DNA of 64,000 nt from Pseudobdellovibrionaceae bacterium (GCA_044359815.1 JBIKLL010000005.1:1-64000); one strand, 5' to 3'; shown: positions 1-9,652, numbered from the stretch's first letter. Numbers and translations are program-made. The notes: generated from the letters alone by a model not told the origin.

Positions 1-127
1 GGAACCGGAAAGCTAATACAGAGAAGGGCTTTCGGATATAGAAGCTTTAAAAACTATAAACTCAGGACCCTAAGTGCTTGTCTTTTCAAAACTTTTTAAA
101 CCTATCTAATGTTGAGTGGGGAGAACC
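1..127 (+). mobile_element. 3' end of an ISL3-family insertion sequence (transposase C-terminus at 1..99 plus right end)
   Basis: Frame 1 reads GTGKLIQRRAFGYRSFKNYKLRTLSACLFKTF* (stop 97-99), matching the ISL3 C-terminal motif K-x-I-x-R-R-A-[FY]-G-[FY]-R. The putative end ...GAGAACC at 127 reads GGTTCT on the other strand, an ISL3-like terminus. Truncated by the window and absent from the ORF track. Confidence 0.8.
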
Positions 128-139
128 AATTCTTTTGAT

Positions 140-224
140 TGGTGCCCAGCGAGGGACTCGAACCCCCATGCCTCGCGGCGCTAGGTTCTAAGCCTAGTGT
201 GTCTACCAATTCCACCAGCTGGGC
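140..224 (-). tRNA. tRNA-Leu (anticodon TAG)
   Basis: Reverse complement GCCCAGC...GCTGGGC-A-CCA; D-loop TGGTAGAC; anticodon arm CTAGG-CTTAGAA-CCTAG; long variable arm; T-loop GTTCGAGTC; encoded CCA. Confidence 0.97.
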
Positions 225-318
225 AAAACGCGAAACGAAAATCGAGGAGCAGAATTCACCATAATCTTTGAAAGCCGTCAACACACAAAACAGTTGAAAT
301 TGGGCACCAACTGGGAAA

Positions 319-584
319 TGACCTACTTGTCTGGATTTAATTTGAATTTTAAAAAAGATTTCTTTGATTTTACACCTTGTGAGTACATTTGCGAGCGCGC
401 ATGGCATATCTAGTGTTGTGTCATTTAAATTGATTGGATTTATGACAATTTATTAATCATAAACCCAATTAATTTAAATGACACAATACGAGAGATGAGC
501 TTGCGGCCGTTAGCAAGTATTCACAAGGTGTAAAATCAAAGAAATCTTTTTTAAAATTCAAATTAAATCCAGACAAGTGGGTCA
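319..584. repeat. Family A long palindromic element, solo copy A1
   Basis: ~68-bp near-perfect outer inverted arms; asymmetric core TTTGCGAGCGCGCATGGCATATCTAGTGTTGTGTCAT / ATGACACAATACGAGAGATGAGCTTGCGGCCGTTAGCAAGTA; AT-rich inner hairpin. The core recurs at 57.2-57.7 kb and 63.7-64.0 kb. Confidence 0.9.
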
Positions 585-595
585 ACCCAAGCCAA

Positions 596-2683
596 TTATC
601 TGACTGGCTTGAGTTCGATAGGAAAATTAGTAAAATCCACAGTCTGTTCCAGTTGATTATGTAAATCCCCGATAGCCGCTATCACAGCGGGATGCAAACT
701 GCTGCCTTTTACGGCAAAAATGCCCACTCTAAAATGTTGTCGCCCTCCGGCAAAGGACTGAGCCCCTGATTTAAACTGCGCTCCAGTCCACAGAGTCAAC
801 TGTCGGCCGATATCAAACAAACTCTGCCAATACCCCAGTTTGTAGGGCTGATGACCATGATAAACGCCTAATGGGTTCAACTGCAGATAGGACAATTGAT
901 TGGCACTGACTGTTTTTACGGGAACAGCCGCAAAACTGGTTGCGAACCTGGGATCAAAAATTAAAACATAGGTCGAAACAGAATCACTGAATCCAATCCA
1001 TTTATTTGTGATGGCATTGTTGCTGGCCGAAATTTCAAGATTAGCTGGGGAAATTTTTTGGTAGTTTAAAAAATACTCGCTGACTTGGTTTAAAAAATTA
1101 TTTTTGATGATTTTAAAACTTTGGTCACTGCCCAGGCCCTTTAGCAGTTTAAATTCCATCTCGGTTATTTCAGTGGGCAGGGTTTGCGCAAATGTTTTAT
1201 CCGATTCAAAAAAATAAATTTTCCCCAAGGCATCGTGTTCACTGACCGACGGCAACAATCCCTGGGGAAATCCAATGCCCGATCCTTCGATCCCAATCAG
1301 TTGATTATTTGATAATTCCAAGGGTTGTATGGATGGATGCATTGCTGAAGTTTTTGTCGGCGCTAGGGCTTTGACTGAAATTGTTTTTTGCAGTGTTTGC
1401 AATTGATCACATATTTGCAAGGCTGCTTTAAGCCTTTCGGGATTTAGCTCTGGTGTGGCCATCCCAAAATGTGTCGTCGATAACAAGCGCATGCGCAGAT
1501 TAAAATTTTGATCAAACAGCTTTTTGCCGGACTCAGATTTTGGGTCTAAATATTTTTCGATAAAGCGGCTTCTTTGCACGCAGGTCCACAGATACTGACT
1601 GGATAATTTATCACTCCATGAACTGAATCCATCGTAACTGCCATCTGCCAAATCCTGACCGATCGTGATTTCTTTCTGCACTGGGTGGGTTTTTAAATAT
1701 TCTTCCAGGTGTACAAACTCAACCCCTGGGCGTTTATGGATATCAAGCAGAATTTCCATAAGCCCACCGGTCGAGGGTAAAAATCTAAAAATCCATGGCA
1801 GCATTTCGTCAGTCCAAAAATCCACGTCCGCATCAAAATTTATATTCAGCAACAGATCCCCGTTGTTTTCAGACTGATGCTGCTTTAATTGGTCAATCCA
1901 ACGGCCGATTGAAATATGGGAAACAATATCGCCAATATGGTAACTGGGGATAATTTTGATAGAGCTTTCATTGTCAATTAACCGAATGGGATTGTGTTTT
2001 TGCGACACAGACAGTTTGTCTGTAAACAAGCTAAAGGTCGAAAACGGAGTGTCGCTGTAAAACAAAATCACTGAATCTATGCCGCGGTTTTGCAGAAGCC
2101 TTGCTGTCCCCGGAGTGAACATCATTTCCTGCGGACGATAAATGGGTGAATAAGTTTTAAAAATATCTTTGATTCCAGAGCCGTCAGGATTACTGATGGC
2201 CCAATCAATATGACGATTAAATTCTGCCTCGGTCATAGCTGCAGACAATCCGTTATTGTATGACATCACCAATATTTTGTCTGAGCCTTTTTTCACCCGG
2301 GCTTGAATCCTGGTAATAATATCAGGAGCGTGTTTTGGCAAAATCTCTTGTAATGAAAATAAATTATCAAAATCCCAACTGATCTTTGGCTGTATTCCTG
2401 ATTGCTCGGCTTGATCCAATATGTCCAATATCCGTCTGATGATTCGGATGTCTTTGCCAAAACCCTGTTCGCTGTTTTGGTCCCCTCGGTATGAATGATA
2501 CAGGTTTACGTGAAATCCAATGTTGATAAAAATCTTGGAATCTTTTTTGACGTTAGCGGGTGATGCAGAGTCTGTGGCTGTTGCGGCGGCTACTGGTACT
2601 GCAGCAAAAACAGAAATAAATCCAACCAGACAAAAAAACAACAGGGCTAAAAAATTATTTGCGTGATGTTTGAATTTTAGCAT
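596..2683 (-). CDS. Secreted glycoside hydrolase/deacetylase-fold protein (GH57/GH38-like)
   Basis: 695 aa; N-terminal signal/TM; FHVNLYHSY and RPQEM motifs reminiscent of GH57-type N-terminal domains. Confidence 0.5.
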   Translation of the reverse strand: MLKFKHHANNFLALLFFCLVGFISVFAAVPVAAATATDSASPANVKKDSKIFINIGFHVNLYHSYRGDQNSEQGFGKDIRIIRRILDILDQAEQSGIQPKISWDFDNLFSLQEILPKHAPDIITRIQARVKKGSDKILVMSYNNGLSAAMTEAEFNRHIDWAISNPDGSGIKDIFKTYSPIYRPQEMMFTPGTARLLQNRGIDSVILFYSDTPFSTFSLFTDKLSVSQKHNPIRLIDNESSIKIIPSYHIGDIVSHISIGRWIDQLKQHQSENNGDLLLNINFDADVDFWTDEMLPWIFRFLPSTGGLMEILLDIHKRPGVEFVHLEEYLKTHPVQKEITIGQDLADGSYDGFSSWSDKLSSQYLWTCVQRSRFIEKYLDPKSESGKKLFDQNFNLRMRLLSTTHFGMATPELNPERLKAALQICDQLQTLQKTISVKALAPTKTSAMHPSIQPLELSNNQLIGIEGSGIGFPQGLLPSVSEHDALGKIYFFESDKTFAQTLPTEITEMEFKLLKGLGSDQSFKIIKNNFLNQVSEYFLNYQKISPANLEISASNNAITNKWIGFSDSVSTYVLIFDPRFATSFAAVPVKTVSANQLSYLQLNPLGVYHGHQPYKLGYWQSLFDIGRQLTLWTGAQFKSGAQSFAGGRQHFRVGIFAVKGSSLHPAVIAAIGDLHNQLEQTVDFTNFPIELKPVR

Positions 2684-3452
2684 TTTTGAATTTAATCATC
2701 ATGATGATGCCAATAACAATGACCGGCAGGCTTAATGCCTGTCCCATATTTATGGGCATCAGAGATTCAAAGGAGCTTTGGTTTTCCTTGACGAATTCGA
2801 TAAAAAATCGGCTCAAGAAAATAAATATCATAGCCAGCCCAAAGAAAAATCCATCAGCGACTTTGGTTTTAAGCTTTCGATAAATCAGCATTAGGCAGAC
2901 AAAGCTCAGCAAATACCACAGGCTTTCAAATAACTGGGCAGGGTATCTGGGGGTGCTGTCGATGTTTTTAAAAACGACTGATAAAAATCCATCAAAGGGT
3001 TTGCCTATGATTTCTGAATTAAAGAAATTTCCGACTCTGATAAAAAACCCTGAAAGCGCTGACATAATTGCCACACGGTCCAGCACCCATAAAAAGGGAT
3101 AGGATTTAAATTTACGACTGAACAAATAAATAGCTGCAACGATACCAGCCAGGGCGCCGTGACTGGCTAGGCCGCCTTGCCAAACAAAAAGCACTTGGAC
3201 AGGGTTTGCGAAATAAATTTGAGGTTCATAGAAAAAACAATGAACCAATCGTGCGCCGATAAAAGTTCCCCAAAAAATAAAAACCAACAAGTTATCGATT
3301 TGTTGAAAAGGCTTTTTTTCCTGCTTAGCAAACCAGATCATTCCTTTGTAGGCGGCGTAAAACCCTGCCAAAAACAACAACCCATACCATCTGATGGTCA
3401 GTGGGCCCAGAGTCATTAAAATCGGATCTGGTTGCCAGATTATTGAGGACAT
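2655..3452 (-). CDS. lgt: Prolipoprotein diacylglyceryl transferase
   Basis: IRWYG, WQGGLASHG, RVGNFFNSEIIG, RYPAQLFE and RFFIEF motifs. Confidence 0.95.
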   Translation of the reverse strand: MSSIIWQPDPILMTLGPLTIRWYGLLFLAGFYAAYKGMIWFAKQEKKPFQQIDNLLVFIFWGTFIGARLVHCFFYEPQIYFANPVQVLFVWQGGLASHGALAGIVAAIYLFSRKFKSYPFLWVLDRVAIMSALSGFFIRVGNFFNSEIIGKPFDGFLSVVFKNIDSTPRYPAQLFESLWYLLSFVCLMLIYRKLKTKVADGFFFGLAMIFIFLSRFFIEFVKENQSSFESLMPINMGQALSLPVIVIGIIMMIKFKNAKIQTSRK

Positions 3453-4000
3453 TCAGAAAGCTTTATCAGACGTGCCTTAAAATAAGTTCCCGATTTATCC
3501 AGATCCCATGGCGGGTAGGGATAATAAATAGCTTCAGCACATTGGCCAGGCTTAACAACAGCCCATTGCCTGTCTTCGGAAGATGCCGTAACGATTTCCC
3601 CTGTGGGTTCTTTGATGGCCACAGAAAACGAAAACATTTCGCCTGACATTGGTGATTTAGGACCAGAATTTTGAATCAAGGAAACATTTAACTGAACACG
3701 TTGGACATTGTCCACAATGCCGATCACTTTGCGTTGAAACACCACGCTGTAAAAATTAATGTTGGCAAACAGTGTGGTGTAGACCGCGCCCAGCACCACC
3801 AGTAAAGTTCCGATGATCAGCAACCAAATGATCAGTTTTCTGATTTTTGCGGCTACAGACTTTACTGATGTCACAGTTTGATTGACCCCTTGTTGAATAT
3901 TTTGTTTGAAAGTCAAAATGCCCCCTTTGACAGTCGGCGCTAATGTTTGTAGTTTTACTGCAGTGGATATTGAAAGAGGTAATACACAAAAGGGAGTCAA
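3440..4000 (-). CDS. Membrane-anchored hypothetical protein (true start probably downstream of 4000)
   Basis: Single TM plus soluble domain; 3' end overlaps the lgt start; 5' end overlaps the divergent ORF, so the start is uncertain. Confidence 0.65.
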   Translation of the reverse strand: MTPFCVLPLSISTAVKLQTLAPTVKGGILTFKQNIQQGVNQTVTSVKSVAAKIRKLIIWLLIIGTLLVVLGAVYTTLFANINFYSVVFQRKVIGIVDNVQRVQLNVSLIQNSGPKSPMSGEMFSFSVAIKEPTGEIVTASSEDRQWAVVKPGQCAEAIYYPYPPWDLDKSGTYFKARLIKLSECPQ

Positions 4001-4676
4001 TCAAGAAATCATCCGATTTCTGACGGCGAATCATATTAAACCGAACTCTGCCTTTGACCTGCCCTGTGGTGATGGGCCCTTTTTGCGAAATCTAACCAAG
4101 GTTTTTAAGAACATAAAAATAAAGGGCCAGGATTTGATGGCCACTCCTACAAAAGACATCGAGAAATTTTTTAATCGTGCGGGATCAGATGACTGGAGAT
4201 TTCTTGAAAATGAGAAAGTCGACTTGATCACTTGCATCAGCGGAGTCATGGCCTTTGATAATCTGACTGATTATTTTCAAAAAGCTCAAAACCATCTAAA
4301 TCCAGGTGGGCATTTGGTGGTCACCAACGACAATCTGTTCACAGTGCGTGACAGGATTTCATTGTTATTGTTTGGCAGATTCAAAAGATTTGTCAGTTTG
4401 TATAAACCCAACGAGGGCAATTGGAACGTGGTTTTGCCACAGGCTATCTGGAAGCTTTATCGAAACAATAATTTTAAAGTGGTCAAAATCCAGTATTGTT
4501 CTCTGTATGTCGAGGATCTGATATTTTTGCCATTGGCTGTGATTTTATATCCCATTCAGTTTTTGTATTTGATGTCCCAAAAATCTGAAATGACGATGAA
4601 AGAGCGCTATCAGCTGTTTCCGTTTCAAGTTATGCTTTGCAGACACTACATTTTTTACGGACAAAAAAATAACTAA
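3906..4676 (+). CDS. Class I SAM-dependent methyltransferase
   Basis: Motif I variant FDLPCGDG; post-motif II LNPGGHLVV. Confidence 0.8.
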   Translation: MKVKMPPLTVGANVCSFTAVDIERGNTQKGVNQEIIRFLTANHIKPNSAFDLPCGDGPFLRNLTKVFKNIKIKGQDLMATPTKDIEKFFNRAGSDDWRFLENEKVDLITCISGVMAFDNLTDYFQKAQNHLNPGGHLVVTNDNLFTVRDRISLLLFGRFKRFVSLYKPNEGNWNVVLPQAIWKLYRNNNFKVVKIQYCSLYVEDLIFLPLAVILYPIQFLYLMSQKSEMTMKERYQLFPFQVMLCRHYIFYGQKNN

Positions 4677-4725
4677 CTGGCATGCTCATATTTAGGTGAC
4701 AGTTAAAAAATCCAAGGAGGATTAA

Positions 4726-5082
4726 ATGAAACTCATTATAGCTCTGCTTATGATCTGTGGCTTACAAGCCAATGCAAAAAATCACGGCGACATGAAGCCT
4801 TCGGCTGAAGACCGTGCAGCAATGGCAGCTATGCACGAAGCTATGGCGACCTGTTTGAAATCGGACAAAGAAATGCCTGATTGCATGGAAACCATGAAAA
4901 AAACTTGTGAAGAAAAGCTGGGTGCAGAAAAGTGCAAAAAAATGCACAAAAATCGAATGCACATGATGATGATGAAAGGTCATGGTAAGGGACACAGCTG
5001 CGACAAGAAAAACTGTGGCCATAGCTGTGACAAGAAAAATTGTGATCATGCCCACGAAGGTACCGAGGAAAAATCACAATAA
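4726..5082 (+). CDS. Small secreted Met/His/Cys-rich protein (possible metal binder)
   Basis: RBS AAGGAGG; signal peptide ending ANA; MHMMMMKGHGKGH and duplicated GHSCDKKNC. Confidence 0.75.
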   Translation: MKLIIALLMICGLQANAKNHGDMKPSAEDRAAMAAMHEAMATCLKSDKEMPDCMETMKKTCEEKLGAEKCKKMHKNRMHMMMMKGHGKGHSCDKKNCGHSCDKKNCDHAHEGTEEKSQ

Positions 5083-5162
5083 TAACCCATGCTTTTAATT
5101 AGGTCTCTGTATCTAGAATCCAAGAATTTGAATTCTAGTTATGGCATTCACAAGGTCATGGA

Positions 5163-6653
5163 CTAAATAATTCCTTGAAAGTTTTTGCAATAAAAAACTG
5201 TAAAGACTCTGGCGAGCTCTGATCCGCGATAGGTTTTGAGCTCGTTGGGTTCACACTGATCAAATTGCGCATAGGCTTTTGGATCAACAAAATATTTGTT
5301 GGTCACCACAAACAAGGCATCTCGGCCTTTTAATTGATCAATTTCCCCAGCGGTTTGCATAACAGTGTAATGTGATCTGGTTGTATTCAACATCCAAACC
5401 CGGTCTGTCATCCCTGCGCGAGTGATCGACAGCATTGTTTGCGCTGTGGTTTCATATCTGTGACTGGCGATAATGGGATTGGCGGATTGGTATTTCTGTT
5501 TCAGTTGCACAATCATGGGCCCCAGTTCGTCCCAGCCATAAAATTCGTTGGTAAAATCATATTCGGGCTTCCATGGATCTGAGCTAATCATTCTGTGAAC
5601 CTTGGGTATCAAGGGCGTCATGATGCTGGAGTAAACTAAAATATTAAGGGGAATCAAAAAGGCAAAAACGGCGATCTTCCAACCACGGCTGTTGTAAATT
5701 AATCCGCAACCCATCATGATCATCAATAAATAAACCGGACCCATCCAATGGGGTTTATAATCAGCAAACAGTGGCTGAAAATAAAAAATCAAAAAACTGG
5801 GTATAAAAACCGAAAGCGCAAATCTGAAACTGATTGTCGAAAATCTTTTTGCAGATTGGTAGGCAGAATAAAACACTAATGCCAGCAGGCCCGGACTTAA
5901 CACTGCGACCTGAGTTCCTAAAAATCCCAACCATCTGTTTAAGTCAAAACCCCCATCAGCATGTCTGTCGTGAAATTGATATTTAAATCCCGGCCAATCA
6001 TATTGGACATTCCAAATAAAAATCGGCAGACACATCACTGTGGCAATCAAGATTCCAACCCAAGGCCATGGTGTCAGCAAAACTTTCAGATGCTGTTTGT
6101 GTGTCAGCAGATAAAATCCAAACCCAAAAGCCATCAAGGCCATCGGAAATTTTGAATTCAAACCCAAGCCCATAATTAAACCCAACATCAGCCAGGTTTT
6201 CCGAGCGCTCCAGGGGTTATCAGTTTTGATGCCTTGATAAAACACCCAAAATGCCAATGTCCAAAAAATCATAAACGGAGTTTCCGGAGCCGCGGCATAA
6301 CCGCCGATTCCCCAAATCGGTGATAACAAAAAGATTACTAAAAACAAATTAGCAGCCCGTTCATTAAAAAATTCGCGGCACAGATGCCACAATAAATAAA
6401 CCATAGCTGCAAAACAAATAAACGAAGGCAGTCTGATACCCAGCTTTGTGTTGCCAAATATTTTTGTCGTCAGCCATTCTAGCCAAGCAATCATGCCGGG
6501 ATGATCATAATAAGAAAGCATAGGCATCTGAGTCCACGACCAGTGATAGGCATCGTCGTCTACAAATCCGATGCTCAATAAAAAAACAAACCTCACTAAC
6601 AGAATCAGTGCAATGACAATGCTTACTTTGCGTGGCATGCTGTGTTTAAACAT
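5163..6653 (-). CDS. ArnT/PMT-family (GT-C) membrane glycosyltransferase
   Basis: DDAYHWSW...YYDHPGMIAW, IRLP and GLGLNSK motifs; many TM helices. Confidence 0.88.
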   Translation of the reverse strand: MFKHSMPRKVSIVIALILLVRFVFLLSIGFVDDDAYHWSWTQMPMLSYYDHPGMIAWLEWLTTKIFGNTKLGIRLPSFICFAAMVYLLWHLCREFFNERAANLFLVIFLLSPIWGIGGYAAAPETPFMIFWTLAFWVFYQGIKTDNPWSARKTWLMLGLIMGLGLNSKFPMALMAFGFGFYLLTHKQHLKVLLTPWPWVGILIATVMCLPIFIWNVQYDWPGFKYQFHDRHADGGFDLNRWLGFLGTQVAVLSPGLLALVFYSAYQSAKRFSTISFRFALSVFIPSFLIFYFQPLFADYKPHWMGPVYLLMIMMGCGLIYNSRGWKIAVFAFLIPLNILVYSSIMTPLIPKVHRMISSDPWKPEYDFTNEFYGWDELGPMIVQLKQKYQSANPIIASHRYETTAQTMLSITRAGMTDRVWMLNTTRSHYTVMQTAGEIDQLKGRDALFVVTNKYFVDPKAYAQFDQCEPNELKTYRGSELARVFTVFYCKNFQGII

Positions 6654-6698
6654 AAGTCCCAGTGTTCATTTTAGGCTTTCCTATGGCAAGATTATTTT

Positions 6699-7481
6699 GT
6701 GATCGATAGCGTTTCAAGATTTATTAAGGATGTAACAGACGGTGAAATACAAGTCACCGCCGCAGCCCTGTCATTCACCACAGTGTTGGCATTGATTCCA
6801 TTTATAGCTGTGACGTTGTCTGTGCTTCAGTATGTTGAGGGTTTGGAAACTCTGTATCCCAAGGTAGAAAATTTTGTCTTATCCTATTTTGCCGATCCGA
6901 CGGGCACTCAGGGTATTGATATGGTCAAAAAACTGCTTCAACGGATCATGTCTGGCAAGCTTGGGCAGGTCGGTGCTTTGGCATTATTGCTGACTTCGAC
7001 CTTTTTGATGTTTGAGCTTGAACGGGCAGTGCACAGGGTTTGGCGGATTAAAAATGAAAGACCGATTTACCAAAGATTATTTTTTTACTGGATTGCTATT
7101 TTTACCATTCCGTTTTTTCTGGCGGCTGTGGTTTCATTGAACACTAAGTTTGTTAAATCACTAATTCCCTTACCGGTACTTCATGGTGGAGTGCTGTTTG
7201 TAATACTGTACTGTTTTTACAGATACGTGCCATCGACCAAGGTTTCATCACTGGGTGCTTTGTTGGGTGCTGGGATTTCTGTTTTTGGAATGTCGACTGT
7301 GGTGACGATTTTCAGATACCTGTCGCTGAAAGTTTTTAATCATTCAAAAATGTACGGAAGTTTGGCCGCCCTGCCAGGGTTGATGCTGTGGATTTTGATT
7401 TTGTGGTACATAGTTTTATTTGGCGCAGCGGTTACGGCTTCATTTTCTGCCATCAAGCAGACCCAGAAAAGATCATTTTAG
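6699..7481 (+). CDS. YihY/virulence factor BrkB family membrane protein
   Basis: AAALSFTTVLALIP, YRYVP and MYGSLAALP..LW motifs. Confidence 0.9.
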   Translation: MIDSVSRFIKDVTDGEIQVTAAALSFTTVLALIPFIAVTLSVLQYVEGLETLYPKVENFVLSYFADPTGTQGIDMVKKLLQRIMSGKLGQVGALALLLTSTFLMFELERAVHRVWRIKNERPIYQRLFFYWIAIFTIPFFLAAVVSLNTKFVKSLIPLPVLHGGVLFVILYCFYRYVPSTKVSSLGALLGAGISVFGMSTVVTIFRYLSLKVFNHSKMYGSLAALPGLMLWILILWYIVLFGAAVTASFSAIKQTQKRSF

Positions 7482-7488
7482 ATAAGCA

Positions 7489-8190
7489 TTATTTCATGCG
7501 CGCAAAAAACACGCGAAACAAATCCATCACTATGGCGGCGATTTTGTTTTTTTGAGGTTCTGATAATTTTGTAAACTGAATACCTGCAGTTTGCTTTGAT
7601 TTGTCAGTGGATTCTTCGCGAAAATACTTAATACTGCCACCAACTGGTACAGGATCCCGATTGGGGATAAATAAAAATCCCGCAACTAGGTCGTCTGGTT
7701 TTGGATTCCATTTTTTGGGGTCAATCATGATCCGGCAGCCTCCGGCGCTGAGATCCCTCAGGGGCACCGATTGTTTTGCACTGGTGCCGTTCCATTCTGT
7801 GCACTGAAACAAAATGGTTTGGTCATTTGGAATTTTTAATCGAAAGTCCTCACGTCTTTGTAATTGAAAAATCGGACCATCAACAAAAATATCAATCTGA
7901 TCATTACTGGCAGTGAATTTTGCTGAAGAAAAATATTTCTCGGCACCCAAAAAAAAGCTGATCACTAAATCACCGTTGTCCGTCATTTTGGCGGGTGATG
8001 ATTTAAGCGCACATTTTAAAACAAAATCTTCCACCTCATGAGCCTTCAGCGACAAAACCACATCAATGGGATTTGGCAGCTTTACCTGCAGTTCTGCGCG
8101 AGAATTCACTAAATCCTGTAATAGTGAAGACCGTTCTTGATCGTCGGTGATTTTTTTAAACATTTCAGGAGTCAGTATAGCGGATGACAT
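7489..8190 (-). CDS. PilZ-domain (YcgR-like) c-di-GMP effector
   Basis: QRREDFR (RxxxR) and DLSAGG (DxSxxG) motifs. Confidence 0.9.
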   Translation of the reverse strand: MSSAILTPEMFKKITDDQERSSLLQDLVNSRAELQVKLPNPIDVVLSLKAHEVEDFVLKCALKSSPAKMTDNGDLVISFFLGAEKYFSSAKFTASNDQIDIFVDGPIFQLQRREDFRLKIPNDQTILFQCTEWNGTSAKQSVPLRDLSAGGCRIMIDPKKWNPKPDDLVAGFLFIPNRDPVPVGGSIKYFREESTDKSKQTAGIQFTKLSEPQKNKIAAIVMDLFRVFFARMK

Positions 8191-8199
8191 AACCTATTT

Positions 8200-8373
8200 T
8201 CAGGCGGGCTTTTTTGAATGTAAATCATTTTGTCCAGACACTCGACGGTAGGCCTTGATGGCTTTTTTGCGTAATTCATTGTTGGTGGGTGGTTTTTTAC
8301 CACGTTGCGAGCGCACAAATTCAACCAATCGATTCAGATCTATCGGTGGCTTGTTTTGTTTTGAGTCACTCAT
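8200..8373 (-). CDS. Small basic protein, 57 aa (not in ORF track)
   Basis: MSDSKQNKPPIDLNRLVEFVRSQRGKKPPTNNELRKKAIKAYRRVSGQNDLHSKKPA*; RBS-like AGGGTAGGTG; stop 9 bp before the PilZ gene start. Confidence 0.6.
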   Translation of the reverse strand: MSDSKQNKPPIDLNRLVEFVRSQRGKKPPTNNELRKKAIKAYRRVSGQNDLHSKKPA

Positions 8374-8456
8374 GGTCTTGCACCTACCCTACCAAAGTCC
8401 AGTTTACACTGGTTTTCAGGCTTTCTGAACAGATGAGTTGGATCTGCGATCCAGTT

Positions 8457-8483
8457 GGATCTGCTTTTAGGAAGCTGACTTAA
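8457..8483 (-). promoter_or_regulatory. Putative sigma28 (FliA) promoter
   Basis: TTAAG-N14-GCAGATCC on the minus strand, upstream of the small ORF and PilZ gene. Confidence 0.4.
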
Positions 8484-8587
8484 ATTGATACAGTTTTGTT
8501 GTGATCTAAGCCAATGTAAAAAAAATTTTAAAATTCAAATTAGTCGCATGTTGGGGGATATCAAAAAAAATGAAGTTACAAAATGAT

Positions 8588-9652
8588 CTAGTTTAAAACT
8601 GAAATAACTAACGAGATCAATCCACCTGCCAGAATCATCAACCAGCTGGGAATATTTTTGTACAGAATCAGCATCATCATAACAAAAACCAAAGCCATTT
8701 TTGCGTAGTTGTATTCGACCGTCATGCTGACCACTATCAATAACAGCACTCCGACGATGGAGCCTAAAACTGATTTGCTGATCAGTTCCATCCAAGATTT
8801 ACCTGTTAAATATTTTTGGGCTTTGGGAAACCAAGTGGTCATATTGATAAAGGATGGTAAAAATATTGCGATGGTTGCTGCCAGCGCCCCGGCAAAGCCC
8901 GCAATTTTGTATCCAATAAAGGTCACAGTGATGACCACAGGACCCGGTGTCAGTTGACCAAAAGTCACAGCATCCAAAAAATCATTTCTGGACAGAGCAA
9001 AGGTACCTGTTACTAAATCAGTTTGCAAAAAAGGCACTATTGCCAGACCTGTTCCAAACACAAAGGCTCCGGCTTTGAGGCAAATCAATGTCAATTCAAC
9101 TATACCCACTGACTGCAAACTGTTTCTGGATTTGGGGATCAGATAAAACATAAAACCCAAAACAGCTGCACACAGAACTATCCATATTTCAGAAACTCCG
9201 CCAAAAATCCGCAGCGTTATGGCCATCAATGCCGAAAGCCAAAATAAAGAATCTTTGATCATCGGCAATGCCAGTGAATTGATAGAAACCAAAATGACAG
9301 CCACTGTGGCTATCTGCATGCCTTGGATAAAGGTTTTAATATAAGGCGATGCAACCAGCGATTCGTGAAAATACGCAAGCACCAGCATTATTAAAAAGCT
9401 TGGTAAAACCAATCCTACAGCGGCCAACAATGCACCAGCAAAACCAGCTTTGCGCAGTCCTAAAAAAACACCTGTTTGAAAGGCCAATGGCCCCGGCATG
9501 GCCTTGATCAGTGCCACGGTATTGAGAAATTCTTTATCACTGATCCATTTTTTAGTTTTCACTAGATCAATTTGCATCTGGGCTACCAGTGCCAGCGGTC
9601 CGCCAAATCCGGTCGCACCCAGTTTCAGAAAATACTTAAAAACTTCCGTCAT
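8588..9652 (-). CDS. chrA: Chromate efflux transporter (long-chain CHR)
   Basis: FLKLGATGFGGP, MPGP, KAGAFVFGTG and GQLTPGPV duplicated CHR motifs. Confidence 0.92.
   Translation of the reverse strand: MTEVFKYFLKLGATGFGGPLALVAQMQIDLVKTKKWISDKEFLNTVALIKAMPGPLAFQTGVFLGLRKAGFAGALLAAVGLVLPSFLIMLVLAYFHESLVASPYIKTFIQGMQIATVAVILVSINSLALPMIKDSLFWLSALMAITLRIFGGVSEIWIVLCAAVLGFMFYLIPKSRNSLQSVGIVELTLICLKAGAFVFGTGLAIVPFLQTDLVTGTFALSRNDFLDAVTFGQLTPGPVVITVTFIGYKIAGFAGALAATIAIFLPSFINMTTWFPKAQKYLTGKSWMELISKSVLGSIVGVLLLIVVSMTVEYNYAKMALVFVMMMLILYKNIPSWLMILAGGLISLVISVLN

Noticed and set aside
1..127. ISL3 transposase as mobiliser of families A, B or C
   Set aside because: Its visible end (GGTTCTCCCCACTC on the minus strand) does not match the element termini beyond a short GGTYT-like stretch.
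102..407. 101-aa ORF from the track
   Set aside because: Spans the tRNA and the A1 palindrome; spurious.
5083..5162. Possible decayed repeat remnant (GGTCTCT, ATTCACAAGGT, short palindrome)
   Set aside because: Matches are too short to distinguish from chance or a simple terminator.
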